From: Octopus vulgaris
Lineage: Eukaryota
Direction: 5' to 3'
Assembly: GCA_951406725.2 (NCBI GenBank)
Contig: OX597815.1
Coordinates: forward strand, 60,574,001 to 60,638,000
Length of the DNA: 64,000 nucleotides
The notes below the pieces were generated by a model. The model was not told where the DNA came from. It saw only the letters and a list, made by a program, of their open reading frames with translations, and did not search any database. The position numbers were made by a program, and so were the translations under genes. Below, piece after piece: positions 41,669 to 55,102 of this stretch (positions within the stretch are counted from its first letter, which is position 1; the number at the start of each line of letters is the position of its first letter).

Positions 41669-41987
41669 AACAAAGAGTGAGAGACAGGGAGAAAGAGATG
41701 CGAGCGAAAAAGAGATTGAAAGCACGCGTGTGTGTATCTCTGAATGACAACTGTATTAACATTACTAACCCACTGCCACTCCATATTTGTCGCTTATACA
41801 ACTCTGTTTCCTCTTCCCCGATATCAGTCACATTCTCTATGCTACTATGTTTCCCTCACACTACCACTCTTGCACCCTTCTCATTTTACGAAAGTATCGC
41901 CCAACCGACGACTTCAATTTCACAAGTTATAAGATATATATATATATATTATATGTATGTGTGTATATGTATATATATGTATGTATA

Positions 41988-42021
<34 letters not shown>

Positions 42022-42140
42022 AATATATATAACGGGAAGCTTTATGAAAATAGACAAAAGACGAAGGCAGGTGGGAAACAAACAAACAATAAATATAAAT
42101 ATATATATGTATGTATATATGTGTGTATGTATATATATAG

Positions 42141-42213
<73 letters not shown>

Positions 42214-42257
42214 CATACATACATACATACATACATACATACATACATACATACATA

Positions 42258-42498
42258 CGTAAGTATGCAGTACGTACATGCAATCCAGAAACAAGAAATA
42301 TCAACCAAATACCTGATTCAAAAAAGGGACAGAGACGCAGGAAAAGCTGCAAAATGCGGTAACCGATGGAGACTTTGTGGAGCTAACCCTAGAGATATCC
42401 CACACAGCATAAGCAGTTGTCCGAAAATGTCATCACGGTATTACCTATCGCGGATACATGATGTTGTAGCTACGACACCCTATAACGTGATCTGCTAA
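42258..42498 (+). mobile_element. RLE LINE fragment (zinc-knuckle region) next to (CATA)n
   Basis: AIQKQEISTKYL...WRLCG...DIPHSISSCPKMSSRYYLSRIHD; homologous to 58920-59139 and 50018-50266. Confidence 0.75.
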
Positions 42499-42894
42499 CT
42501 GGGAAGATATTTTCTAAGCGTTACTCACTGTTCTCGTCTCCTCGGCTCCCAAGGCCGTATTTGTTTTCGACTGTCCGTCCTTCTCCGCCGCCCTAAATCA
42601 CACTCTGCGTCGATTTGCTTGTTTTATTTTGTTTTGTTTGCCCTCATCCCTAATATTCCGCAAGAAAACTTTTTTGTGGGCGCCGCCAATTGGGAAGTGC
42701 TCAGTCTTATCGTTAAGGGTGCGAAACTGAATATTACCAATTGGTCAATAACGGATGAAGAATTACGGACCTTCTGTTTGTCTCCCGTTCGTTTTTATAT
42801 TCATATACGTTATGTCGTTTGTTTAATTACCATATATTTTTCATTTATCATATGTGTGTGTGTGTGTGTGTGAGTGTATGTGTGTGTGTGTGCG

Positions 42895-43056
42895 CAACGG
42901 GTTTCTTTCAGTTTCCGTCAATCGAATCCTCTCATAAGTTTTGGTCAGCCCGAGGCAATAGCAGAAGACACTTGCCCAAAGTGCTACGCGGTGGGACTGA
43001 ACCCGGAACCATGTGGAAGGGAAGCAAACTTCTTACCACATATCCACGCCTGTGCC
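42895..43056 (-). mobile_element. tRNA-derived SINE, 5' half
   Basis: Reverse complement of the SINE head and body at 59942-60100. Confidence 0.85.
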
Positions 43057-43538
43057 TTATGCGTTTGTGTAATGTGTAGCTTATTACTGTTGATTAGACA
43101 TTCTAACTATGACCATCATGCCTCTTTTCCTATATTATCCATTAGGTAGTGTTGACAGAGATAGTGGTAATAGATGCAGAAGAAATGTTGGTGGTGGTTT
43201 ATGTCGGATACAAATATTTGGCATTTTTCTTTCTGTATTTCTGTGTAATTTTCGTTAAGATTAGCGTTAATGTAGGAATTCATTGATGATATTTGGTTGG
43301 TGTTACGTGGAGGGCTGAAGATTTCTTTACCAAGTGTTTATTGTAGCTTAGTATACAGGGTAGAAAATAACATGTGTCGTTATAGTTGTGTTGGTGAAGT
43401 GTGTTAAGGTATTTGTATGGCAAGTTTAGGATATAAAGGATCATTTAGTTGTGATGCTGTTATCTTACCTCCTGTGTAATCTGTACTAGTGGTTAACCGG
43501 GGCAAGTTCAGCGCATTAAAGTGGGTTTGTGGCATGAT

Positions 43539-43606
<68 letters not shown>

Positions 43607-43844
43607 AAAAAACTGGAAAAACTTGGTATATTTTTCAATTCCATGTTACTCGTGTTTCACTTCTGGATAGGAATTCTAATTTTTCAATGTTTGTCTGAGG
43701 AATTACTGACAGGAGATTCTATACGTTAAAAGAAGTAGTCGGTTGTATTTTAATTTTTCTAACTTTTTGTTTTAAAGTGTTTTAAAGTTATATATAATCT
43801 TATAAATTGAATTCTATTCATATATATATATATATATATATATT

Positions 43845-44600
43845 TGAACAGAATGCAGTTTATAAGATTATATATATATATAAATAAATTTCAGAGGTTA
43901 TTCCTAAAGAAATTAAAGTGGAAGGGGGGTTGTATTGTCTTGATGGAAAACCTCTATAAATGGCTGGTGATTGCTCAACATTTTAAAACTGTTGTAATAC
44001 TTACAATGTTTAATAAAATGATGTAGCGTGAAACGATCTACCAAATTACCGAAGATATTCTTGTTGCTTATTTTGATTATAATCACCCCATGGCTTTATA
44101 TGGGTAACACCGTACAAAATTCTGGTGCACCTGACTTAAATATATTTCACCCCTATCTATGTCTATATATAGAAAATCTCTTTTGTCTCCATTCATCAGA
44201 ATATCCCTCCCCACTTTCTAGCAGTTCAAAATAACTTAAAGAAATTTCTTCAGTCAGAAGATAAATTCTAATACCTTAATGTTCTTAACATTCAAATCAA
44301 CATCTCTGTCTATATATTTACCCTCTTTATAATATTATCAATTAACATGAAAATAAGTATATGTATTGATGGAAAACCTCTATAAATGGCTGATGATTGC
44401 TCAACATTTTAACACTGTAGTAATACTTACAATGTTTAATAAAATGATGTAGCGTGAAACGATTGTACCAAATTACCGAAGATATTCTTGCTGCTTATTT
44501 TGATTATTATCACCCCATGGATTTATATGGGTAACACCGTACAAAATTCTGGTGCACCTGACTTAAGTACCATATTCATTTGAATCTAAATTTTGCTGAA
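43845..44600 (+). mobile_element. Tandem PLE terminal repeats in (TA)n
   Basis: Direct repeat about 43932-44138 / 44361-44566; each has a hammerhead-like core (43961-44043 degenerate, 44387-44470 better); same family as 29310-29805. Confidence 0.8.
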
Positions 44601-44628
44601 TATATATATATATATATACACGCATATA

Positions 44629-44664
<36 letters not shown>

Positions 44665-45746
44665 GTATGTGTATAAGGATGTATGAACTTAGATATACTT
44701 TGGCCAATATGGGAGCACTTGAATATGTAAGTCTTACAATATCAATGTTGAGAACTCCCAAAGCCACAAAGCCTGAGGGTTCGTAAACCAGTGAGACCAT
44801 GCCTAATCAGATGGTTTTTGCTACAACCTTTCATACATATATATTTGCATACATAGCAACGTATATACATACATACAAACAAATATACATACATACATAC
44901 ATACATACATACATACATACATAATGAAACGTAAAAGAACAATAAAACAACTGTGATGCGATGTGATTACATGAGCTCCGCTAGAGAGAGAGGGAGAGAG
45001 AGAGAGAGAGAGAGAGAGAATAAGAGAGAGAGAGAGAGAGAGACAGTCAAACAGAAAGGGAGAGGGTGAATACATTCGTGAAGTTACCATGCTGGGTCTA
45101 TGTGTGTACACCAAGACTGGAACTTAACAGATATATTTCCCCAATAAATTCCCGCTATAAATTCTACACAAAATAGACATGGCGTAATTGCTTAAGACAC
45201 AAAGCAGAAATTATTTTCTGGTTTAGCGGCCAGTTTCTGTGAATATGGTTATCAAAAAGCAGGAACAAACGGTTCGCATATGGATAACTGCTGTGAAGCC
45301 TGCAGTTTATAACTTTATAATTTACCTGTTTTATATTTATACCTGCAATCATTGATATATAAATACATTTATAGGTGTAGTCACCGGCCAATTGCTTAAG
45401 TTAGAAAGTTCTTTAAGAAATAATCTAAATGAACTAAGATTTTCAGGCAAAAAAAACCACTCTTCTTGAATCTTCTGCTAATTAAATGTATGGAACATTG
45501 AAAATACAGAAGAATTTCTAAAGTTCGGTAAATGCATTTCTACTGTTGCTTTTATTTAAATTTCAAGGATGGAACTTTGTTTCTTCGAATCTAGCACGTG
45601 TTTCATTGGAAGTAGTTAAAAAAATACAAGAAGTAAAACAACTTATATAAATGTCCATGGTAACTGGTTATTTCCTCTTTGTCTTTTCTCTCTCATTCAC
45701 GCTTTCAGTCTTTATATGCGTTTGTGTGTTCGTATCTGTACGTGCG

Positions 45747-45832
<86 letters not shown>

Positions 45833-46460
45833 ACATCGTTGTACATCAAATGTCTTGTACATGTTACATTGCAGAAACGTCTAGAAAATTTGTTCAACTA
45901 CTTCGTGGTTTAGTCTTTTTGTCTCTCCCACCCAGGTTCCTCTGCAACTCTGGAAGACACTGACGAAGGGGAGGGGCTGTATTTCTTTTGCAGACTTTTG
46001 GAAAACTTTAGAATAATGGAACTTCCTGATTTATTGGTATATTCAACACAAAGTCACACTGACTCTAAGTTCGATTAAATCAGCATAACTACTAGTATCG
46101 ATTAAATCCGTCCCAGTGCATGACTGGTACTTATCAAATGGGACCACATTTGGAAGAAAGACAGGATACAACTGTAGAACATAACGGGAGAAAGTAAATA
46201 TCGTTTTTCAATATTTGCTCCGCAAGTGGTGTTATGAAAGGAGGTAATCATAATAAACTAAATCGACATCAGTTTTTGGTGATTGTGGTGGTACTGGTTA
46301 TTGGGTGGCTGTGGTTATTGTGGTGCTGATGGGAGGGTGCATAGAGTCAAGCTGGAGTGAGTAAAGAATGCTATAGCATGATCCTTCTTTTGTCGGGAGG
46401 ACAGATATTTCTTAGATTATGTAGCATAAATGGATGCACATACGCATACAACACACACAC

Positions 46461-46554
<94 letters not shown>

Positions 46555-46651
46555 TATATAGAAGGAGCTTCTACAGGACTAGAACTGTTTCATTCAAGAA
46601 ATGTATTGAGTACCTTATTTACTGTGGTTAACCCCGAATCAACCCGGGACC

Positions 46652-46696
<45 letters not shown>

Positions 46697-46815
46697 CGAA
46701 GCTGACTGATTCGTTAGCACTCCACACAAAATGCTTAGCAGCATTTCTTCCGGCTTTACGTTCTCATTCAAACTCTTGCCTGTTATCCTTTTGGAGTTGA
46801 TAAAATAAGTAACAG
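46697..46815 (+). mobile_element. Second SINE family, partial
   Basis: Matches the reverse complement of 47490-47680 and 61868-62058. Confidence 0.6.
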
Positions 46816-46834
46816 TTGAGCATCCACCAAAAAT

Positions 46835-47044
46835 TTAAAGCTTTGACCTCGTGTGTACCGTTGGCGATTTTTTTCCCTCTGTCTTCCCTTCTCTGGATCT
46901 TTCCTTCTCCTATGTTTCCGACGAAGAGCTCCGCTCGAAACGTTAAACCCTCCTTCTTTCCTTCTTTCCTGAGCGTCCAATAATATTATATTTGTTCCAC
47001 GTCCTCGCGTTGTTGTGTTTTTTTGTGCTTTCATGTTTGGATTA

Positions 47045-47048
<4 letters not shown>
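46835..47048 (+). mobile_element. Short PLE-type terminal repeat with a minimal hammerhead-like motif
   Basis: 46914-46948 GUUU CCGACGA A GAGCuccGCUC GAAAC GUU AAAC; ends in (TA)n. Confidence 0.55.
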
Positions 47049-47088
<40 letters not shown>

Positions 47089-47266
47089 ATTTGATTTTTT
47101 GATTTTTCCAGTTTCAGCCAATGAGCTGTGGCCATGCTGGGGCACCGCCATTATATATATATATATATATAAAATTAATCAAAGGACATATTAGGTATGT
47201 CAACCTGCTTGAAATAACAGTCAAAACTCTTATTAAATCGGCATATACACATACATAAATACATAC

Positions 47267-47331
<65 letters not shown>

Positions 47332-47381
47332 CACACACACATACATACATACATACATACATACATACATACATACATACA

Positions 47382-47454
<73 letters not shown>

Positions 47455-47489
47455 TTACATACATACATACATACACTTTCTGCTATAAA

Positions 47490-47680
47490 CACGGGGTCTG
47501 AAGTTTTGGGTGGGTTACTCGATTACACCAACTACAATGCTCAACTGGCGCTTATTTTATCGACCCCGGAAGGACGAAAGGTAAAGTCGACCCCAGCGGA
47601 ATTTGAACTAAGAAAGTGAAGATAGACGAAGTGCTGCTAATCGTTTTGCCCGATGTGCTAACGATATACCAGCTCGCCAT
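47490..47680 (-). mobile_element. Second tRNA-derived SINE family
   Basis: tttatcgaccccggaaggacgaaaggtaaagtcgaccccagcggaatttgaact...gctaacg...ccagctcgcc; B-box GTTCAAATT on minus. Confidence 0.8.
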
Positions 47681-48326
47681 TTTAGAGTGTATTTAGATAT
47701 TGCAAAATTAAAGGAATTCTGGGAATTCAGACGGTTCTTTCCAGCAGCATTCCTACTAAATTGAAGCAGACAAATCTATAGTAACTGATATAATATAAGA
47801 ATGTTTTACCTCCATTTTTATCAACCTGTTTTTTAAAGAGTTTAAAAGAATCCTCACCTATTATTTCCCTTGTCTTCTTATTGTTCACGTATATTATAAA
47901 GTGCCCCTATATTTTCCCGTTTGTTTTCTCATGTTCCCTGCCTATCACATCACTTTGTACAATTATTTTCCATGTTTACTTCAGTGTCTGAAGTTCTGGC
48001 AACTTCCAGTTTACAGATTGGCATTATTTTTTAGGGAATACTGTTCTTTAGTTATGGCATGTATAGTAACTAGCATGCGCTATGATATGCAAACATTTTT
48101 TGCTGTATATGTTCAATTATAGAACAGCAAGAAACTTGAAATGATCAGTCTTTGAAACTTCGTCCAACCTCCAACCGCTATGATACGAAGCATAAAGAGA
48201 CGTACACAATTTAGACACACATAGACATTTATAAATAGAAACATACATACACATATCTAAACAGAAGCACATTGGAAACTACGCACGCGCGAACATATAT
48301 CACACGTGCACACACACAACACACAC

Positions 48327-48369
<43 letters not shown>

Positions 48370-48377
48370 TGTGTGTG

Positions 48378-48446
<69 letters not shown>

Positions 48447-48448
<2 letters not shown>

Positions 48449-48890
48449 GGTTGTTGTCTTCTTATGCAGAGTTTGACCACCTTCTGTACGTACACCTTAG
48501 CACCGTCATGTCATCTGATGTGGCTTTTTAAACCAGACAATGTTCTGAAAAGACACCCACATAGATTGCACCTCTGATTTGAACCACCAAGAGCTACAGA
48601 TAAGTTCTGATCATTGTGGATCTTAAAATATCTTTTGAGGCCTCCGTTGGATTTGCAAACCTTCTGGCATACACTGAATTCAAAGGTGTGCACAGACACA
48701 AAGGCAGAATAGTTGGTAGAAGACGCTTGTCGAGGGTGGTAGGTAGTACGATTAATTTGGTACAACGTGGTGCAAAGCTAACTTCACAAATCTCACCTGT
48801 GTTTATTTGTGTGTATCGATAGGGTTGTATTCGAAAACAGCTGATGGTTCCTTCCTTTCCAGGAGCAGTTGGTCGTTATGGTATCACCAA
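48447..48890 (-). mobile_element. LINE (probably RTE) 3' end with two C2H2 zinc fingers
   Basis: CSVCQKVCKSNGGLKRYFKIH-like and [20 protein letters not shown] motifs, then a short 3' UTR ending caacaacc at (TA)n. Confidence 0.6.
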
Positions 48891-49443
48891 TTAATCTTTA
48901 TCTGATTTAGATAAAGTTAACCTAACAGGACAACCACTAGCAGCAGACACTAATAAATTTATGTCTATATAAACAAATTACATATTTATAGATATATCTA
49001 TTCACAAAATAAACATGTATAGAGACATTATAGTTATGAATGTATATATTACGTATGTCAACCAAATTCTGTATCCACTTCCTCTCTCATCACTTCCGCT
49101 CGTTATGACATATGATGATATCTGAACATTTATTTATTACTTCCGCTCTGTCTTTGTGCCTTTATGCTGTACCTTTCTCGTTTCTCTATACCTTTCTTTT
49201 TACCGCTTTCACTCCCTCTCTCTTTTCCCCTCTCTCGTTTTCTCTCTCTCGTTCATTTTCCCTGTTTCTCTCCTCTTTTCTTTCTTTCTTTCTTTTCTCT
49301 TTGCAGTCTGTTAACCTATTTATATAACTCGGTGTAGGTTCTTTCGCACATATACACATATTCATGCAGATACTCACACATGTTCAGCTACACACATACA
49401 TGCATACAAGCTCATATGCATGAGGTGTATATAAGTGTGCATA

Positions 49444-49474
<31 letters not shown>

Positions 49475-49799
49475 GCATGCGTGTCTGTAGCGTGCAATAG
49501 AAACGAGTTTTACCTGAACACAAATACACACACAGACATAAATACATAAACACCCTTATATAAACATTTTTCAGATATGTATATGAATTTGTGTGTTAAT
49601 GCGCAGCAGCGCAAGTGCATATGCGCATGTGATTTTATGTTCGTGTGTGTGCCTGTATTAGTGTGTGTGTTAGTGTGTATGTGTGAGAGTGTGTGTGAAT
49701 GTGTATGAGTGCATATTTTTGTGTGCTCTTGATTCGCCCAAACTCTGCCCTAACTATGCAAACTAATCAAAAGCATCACATCCCTTTTTCTTTATCGAA

Positions 49800-50345
49800 T
49801 ATTCAATTATATTTTATAAGAACCGGTTGAAACCTTTATCTATGCGGAAGTAGTCTACTTTACAAACGCACATTTCTTTCACCACACACATCTATGTACT
49901 GAGTAAAACCACTCACGGGATTCCAACCAGTTATCTGTTGCATATGTCATGCCAAAGTTCGGAACAATTTAGACTATTACCTAGGCACTTGGCTTGTTGA
50001 GCAGTATCTACTACCTGTCAGTTATCATGTAAGATTGTTTTGTCCATGGCATCATACCTAATGGGAAGATAATATCTGAAAGACATTCTGTCGCAGTTGG
50101 TAATAATGTGGCTGATGTCGTTAGCATTGGTCTTGTACAGCCTACATTTGTTGTCTATCGATGCTTTCGGCTTCTTATGGTGCAGGTACTTGGTGGTAAT
50201 TTCTTGATCTTGAATTGCATGGGGGCATTTTCGAAGTGGAATGTCATGAATTTGCCGGTACTCCATACCAGGCGTTGATATGATTAATTCCTTCTATGGT
50301 TTGTTTCTTTTGTGCCACGTACCCACGCACAATCTTCTCAGTGAA
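49800..50345 (-). mobile_element. RLE LINE fragment (zinc-knuckle region)
   Basis: AIQDQEITTKYL...KCRLYK...DISHIITNCDRMSFRYYLPIRYD. Confidence 0.7.
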
Positions 50346-50674
50346 TTGGTCCGTTCTTTTTAAATATGTGTGTATGTATGTATATGTATATTTGTATTTA
50401 TGTACGTATGTATGTATCCTTGAGACATCTAGTTTTCGTCGGAACTTCCTTCTTGGAGAAGGTAAATTCGTATTAAAAAGAAGAGAAACCTGAAGTGTAG
50501 ATAATTTCTGGTGGTCTCAACCTCTGTTGTAACACAGGATATATAAAACTTTCTTCAGTGAGGTGCAACCTTTTATCCATTCAAAACAAATTGATGCAGA
50601 GGAACTGCTTGGGTTTGAGTTTAAGAAGTGGTCGTACTCGGTCACTAGTTGACTTCTGTCATGTGTCCGTCTAG

Positions 50675-50717
<43 letters not shown>

Positions 50718-50781
50718 CAGAGAAAGAGTGAGAGAGAGAAAGAGAGAGAGAGGGGAGAGACATTCTTGCTTATATACACAC

Positions 50782-50830
<49 letters not shown>

Positions 50831-50831
<1 letters not shown>

Positions 50832-52360
50832 CCAAGAAAAAAGCAACAAGAATGGATTAGTAGTTTAGTACAATTGTTTCATACTAAGAGCAATTTTATT
50901 TGAAGCTACAAATATTGCAGCAAATACAAATGTCCAGTATTCATCAGCTAAATCACATATATCTTTTCCAGACATCCTAGAGGGTTTGATTATCCTCATG
51001 AAGTATTAGGAGTGAGTTCTATGAAATTTACAGTCAAATTATAAGCAGACTTAAAATGTTTTCTAATGATGCACAGTTTTATAAAGAGTTTTTAAAAAGA
51101 TTGTTAACTTCTCAGAGAAGGTGAATCCATCCATAAAAATGTAGGTATAATTTCCGGAGACACGAGGAAAGTTGCTGGTCACACGCCGGTTCATTTCACA
51201 ACTAAGTTGTTGTAAACAGAATTTGGTTGTAGTAGTAAGCCCAAATAAAGGACATAATGGGAGGAAAGGAGTAGAGGAGTAAGAAGACATAAATACACCA
51301 TAGACAAAGGTTAGTTTATTTCTGTGGTGACAGAAAATCTAGGTCAGTGTTGAAAGAATTTTAGATTTATAAAGGAATATTAAGTTTGACCACCACCTGC
51401 CAGGAACTGAGACCATCACAGAGTTAGTGGTAGGAAAAAAGAATACAGAGAGAACAAAGGAAGACATTAAAGGGGTCAAAGGCTATCAGTAGAGGAAGGT
51501 ACAATAAGAAAGTTAAGGGTAACACTAGAATAGAAGGTTTTTTTATTTATTATTGTTTCTATTTTGACATATGTATATATTGTAAGAAAGAATTTTGGTC
51601 AACATCTAGAGGTCAAATTAAGTTCAATAGTAAATGGTGGGAGAATTTTTCTTTTTCACAGTATATAGAGAAATTACTTGTATCTTTAAGGGAATAGTAT
51701 TATTTATTAAATTTAGAATTAGGGAATATTAGCAAAATTTATATGATTTAAGTTAGGTTAATCAAATTGACTATATAGACAATTAAATTAAATTAGCACC
51801 GTACAAATTCTACAGTTAGAAAGAAGGAACACCAGTGGAAGAGTCTACAGGTTTCAATTTAAAATATTTTAGAGTTTTGATTTTTAAGTGAATACCAGAC
51901 CGACCTAGCTAAATACGGTTATTCTATACGATTTCTATTTAAAATATTTTAGAGTTTTGATTTTTGAATGAATGCAAGACGGACCTAACTCTATACGGTT
52001 ATTCAATAGGTCTTTATTATTTCTATGTTTTAGAATTTCATATGCCTCCATGGAGCAGAGTTGGTAACCTAACCTACCCTATTATTTTTATAAGGCATTG
52101 CCTTTCTAACTATTTCCCATTTTAGGTTATATTTAATATTATTAGCTTTGAGTTCCCAGATCTTACTGGAAAGTGTGGTACAGCTAGCTTTATGACGTAA
52201 CTTAAAAGAGGAGAGATGATTGCTTATTCTTTGTTTAAATTTTATAGTACAACCCAGATAGCAAATTCTTTAAACAAAGAATAAGCAATCAGTATGAAAG
52301 TGATCAGCTCTTAGTATGAAACAATTGTACTAAACTACTAATCCATTCTTGTTGCTTTTT
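50831..52360 (-). mobile_element. 5'-truncated PLE with inverted terminal repeat
   Basis: Inverted repeat 50837-50892 vs 52307-52360; GYQLCSMEAYEILK near 52030-52070 homologous to the C-terminus at 53370-53410; hammerhead at the 3' end; abuts (TA)n. Confidence 0.8.
50864..50952 (-). ncRNA. Type I hammerhead ribozyme
   Basis: UUUAG CUGAUGA AUACU...AGUAU GAAAC AAUU GUA CUAAA; palindromic stem III ACAAUUGU. Confidence 0.82.
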
Positions 52361-52529
52361 AATACCATGTTGTTGTTAATACCATGAAGAATTCTGGTGC
52401 ATCTAAGTTAAGTTAAGTTAAGTTAATACCATGTTGTTGTTAATACCATGAAGAATTCTGGTGCATCTAAGTTAAGTACCATATTCATTTGAATTCATTG
52501 GAATTCACTTGAATCTTAATTGTTTTTGC

Positions 52530-52568
<39 letters not shown>

Positions 52569-52598
52569 AAAATAAGCTACAAGAATGACTCCGGTAAT

Positions 52599-52684
52599 TT
52601 GGTACGAACGTTTCATACTACATCATTTTATTAAATGTTGTAAGTATTACAACATATTTAAGATGCTGAGTACTCATCAGCCAA
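52599..52684 (-). ncRNA. Type I hammerhead ribozyme
   Basis: UUGG CUGAUGA GUACU...AGUAU GAAAC GUUC GUA CCAA. Confidence 0.72.
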
Positions 52685-53441
52685 TTATAGAGGTTTTCCA
52701 TTAATACAAAAATGTTCAAATCAAGTGGCAACATTATAGAGAAGGTAGATATACAGACAAAGATGTGGATTTAAATTTTAAGAACATATGAGGTAGTGAA
52801 GTCCTTCCACTGACTGACTAAGATATGGCTGTTCCTAACTGCTGTAAGGTTAGAAGCAATAAAGATTTTTTAATTGTAGAGGATGGTGTAAAGGAGGTTT
52901 CAGAATTCCATAAAAAGAATTCATGTTGAAGACAGTAATTGCCACTAATAAATGCCAATTACTGCTATTTGGTGAGAGAAACTAGGTCAATGTCAAATGA
53001 TCCTAATCCCATTCACAGAGAGTGTAATTTAGAGAAAAAAAGGGGAAAAACCTATCAATTATTATTATGAGTAGGCATAGTATTTTTTAACTGGGGGAAA
53101 GCCTTATTAATTTTAAAGCTAGATTAAATTTAGAAAAAAAATTCCAATTTCAAGTTTGCAGTGAAATTTTTTTAGTCATCTATGAATGTTAAATTGAAAG
53201 CTAGTATAGTATATTTTTTCTTATTTGATTATAAAGAATTAAAATTTGAGAAATATAGGAATACTCACAAAATTATTATTTAAAGTATTTAAACGTTCGG
53301 GTTGTGCAATGTATGCAAGATTCTCCCAACTTCAGACGGTTATTCAACAGATTTGTATTACTCTGATGTTTTAAAATTTCATAAGTTTCCATAGAACAAA
53401 GTTGACAACCATCCCTACTATTTCTATAAGGTTGTGCCCTT

Positions 53442-53971
53442 CTAAATATATTCCATTTTGAATTCTATATTATGTGTTTTTAGTTCCCAAATTTTGCTAG
53501 ATAATGTTGTGCAACCTGCCTTATGTTTGAGCATAAAAGAGGAAAAATGATTGTTAAGACGTCTTTTAAGATCCACCGAACATCCAAAATAAAGAAAGCT
53601 ATTGCTAGAAGTTATTATCGTGCATTTATAAATTACGTTTTGGACCGAACAACGACCAGATACCGGACATTTTGATCTAATTCTACAATTACAACTGGGG
53701 GGATAGTGTCCGGTACTGAAATTATTTAAGGACAGTTCACTTACATTACTGTTATTTAAATTATTATTAGTATTAGTATTACTTTCATTATTAGTAATCA
53801 CGTTGTTATGTAAATTAGGGTTACTAGTTATTAATCCATCCTCACCATCATCATCTACCATACTTTTATCTATACTACCGATATTATTGGTATTGTTATT
53901 ATCACTATTTACATGAATGTTGTTATTATTATTATTATTGTCATCATCATTAATATTATTTTTATTATTAC

Positions 53972-54035
<64 letters not shown>

Positions 54036-54278
54036 GTTGTTGTTGTTGTTGTTGTTGTTGTTAATGCTATTATTACAATTATTATTACTATCATTGTTGT
54101 TACTATTCATTCTACTCCTGGCTAACTTAATGTTTTTACTATTAAGTCTAGCTATTATGGTAGCCATGTTTGGGAGAGTGGAATATGAAATTCTTACTGA
54201 TCTCCTAGAAATTATTTTATGATATTTATGGGAGGCTGGGAAATTTTTCCAGTATAGATTTAAATCTACTGTACACAT
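53442..54278 (-). pseudogene. PLE linker plus GIY-YIG endonuclease ORF fragment with poly-Asn
   Basis: 278-aa ORF with CxCx5C and GIY-YIG motifs. Confidence 0.85.
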
Positions 54279-55066
54279 TCGTCGAGATCGCTGAATTAAA
54301 GGGGATATTTAGCCAAATGATATTTTCTCTTTTATATTTTTTGTTTAAGTAACAGTGGGAAGGATTAGTGTTATCAGTATTCGTACGAGAATTATTATTC
54401 CTTTTAGTACTATTTTTATGCCTATCGGGTTTATCTAGGTTAGCATTTTCATATTTATTTATGATCTGTTCACTATTTTTATTCCTATAATTAGGTTTAT
54501 ACTCTAGGTTCTTTTTCTCTATTAATTTATGTTTATGTAGGGTATGAGAGTTTATATTACTTACGTCATTTACATTCACTATATTATTTAGGAGATTTGA
54601 GCTATCCATATCAAGGAAGGTGATTTCCTGGTCATATCCAGCCTTGGATAATGCGATATTGTAATGGTTAGAGTGAGAGTTAAATATTTCACTATTTGAT
54701 GATAATTTTGAAATTCTTTGAGAAATATTTTAACTAATAATTTTAGTATATTCGGGGGGTGATTAGATGACTTACTTACATATCTAGTGACTTCGCCCTC
54801 TTTTCTAAATGGGTAATGTAACTTTGAATTTAGGTCTAAGGTAACGTCTAGGAAATTGACTATCTTAGTGTTAGGTTCATAAGTAATGCCTAGGTTAAAA
54901 TCTTTGAAAAATTTGCTAATTTTCTTTTTTATCCTCTCAATACTTTATTATTGCTAAGTACAACAAACAAAGCATCATCCCTATATAGGCCACCTTGTAA
55001 TTCTGGGATATCTCTGTTTGTATTCTGGGATATCTCTATGTATGTATATATGTATGTATGTATGTA

Positions 55067-55102
<36 letters not shown>

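Larger units (their letters stand above)
52565..55010 (-). mobile_element. Penelope-like element (RT plus GIY-YIG), 5'-truncated and frameshifted
   Basis: RT motif GGLYRDDALFVV near 54955-54993, [18 protein letters not shown]; linker CNCRIRSKCPVSGRC; GIY-YIG VIYKC...LYFGCSVDLKRRLNNH; GCQLCSME; hammerhead in the 3' repeat; (TA)n at the end. Confidence 0.92.

Noticed and set aside
45955-45990. CTGACGA as a hammerhead core
   Set aside because: No closing stem II plus GAAA..NUH downstream; same for the hits near 21362, 31825 and 62535
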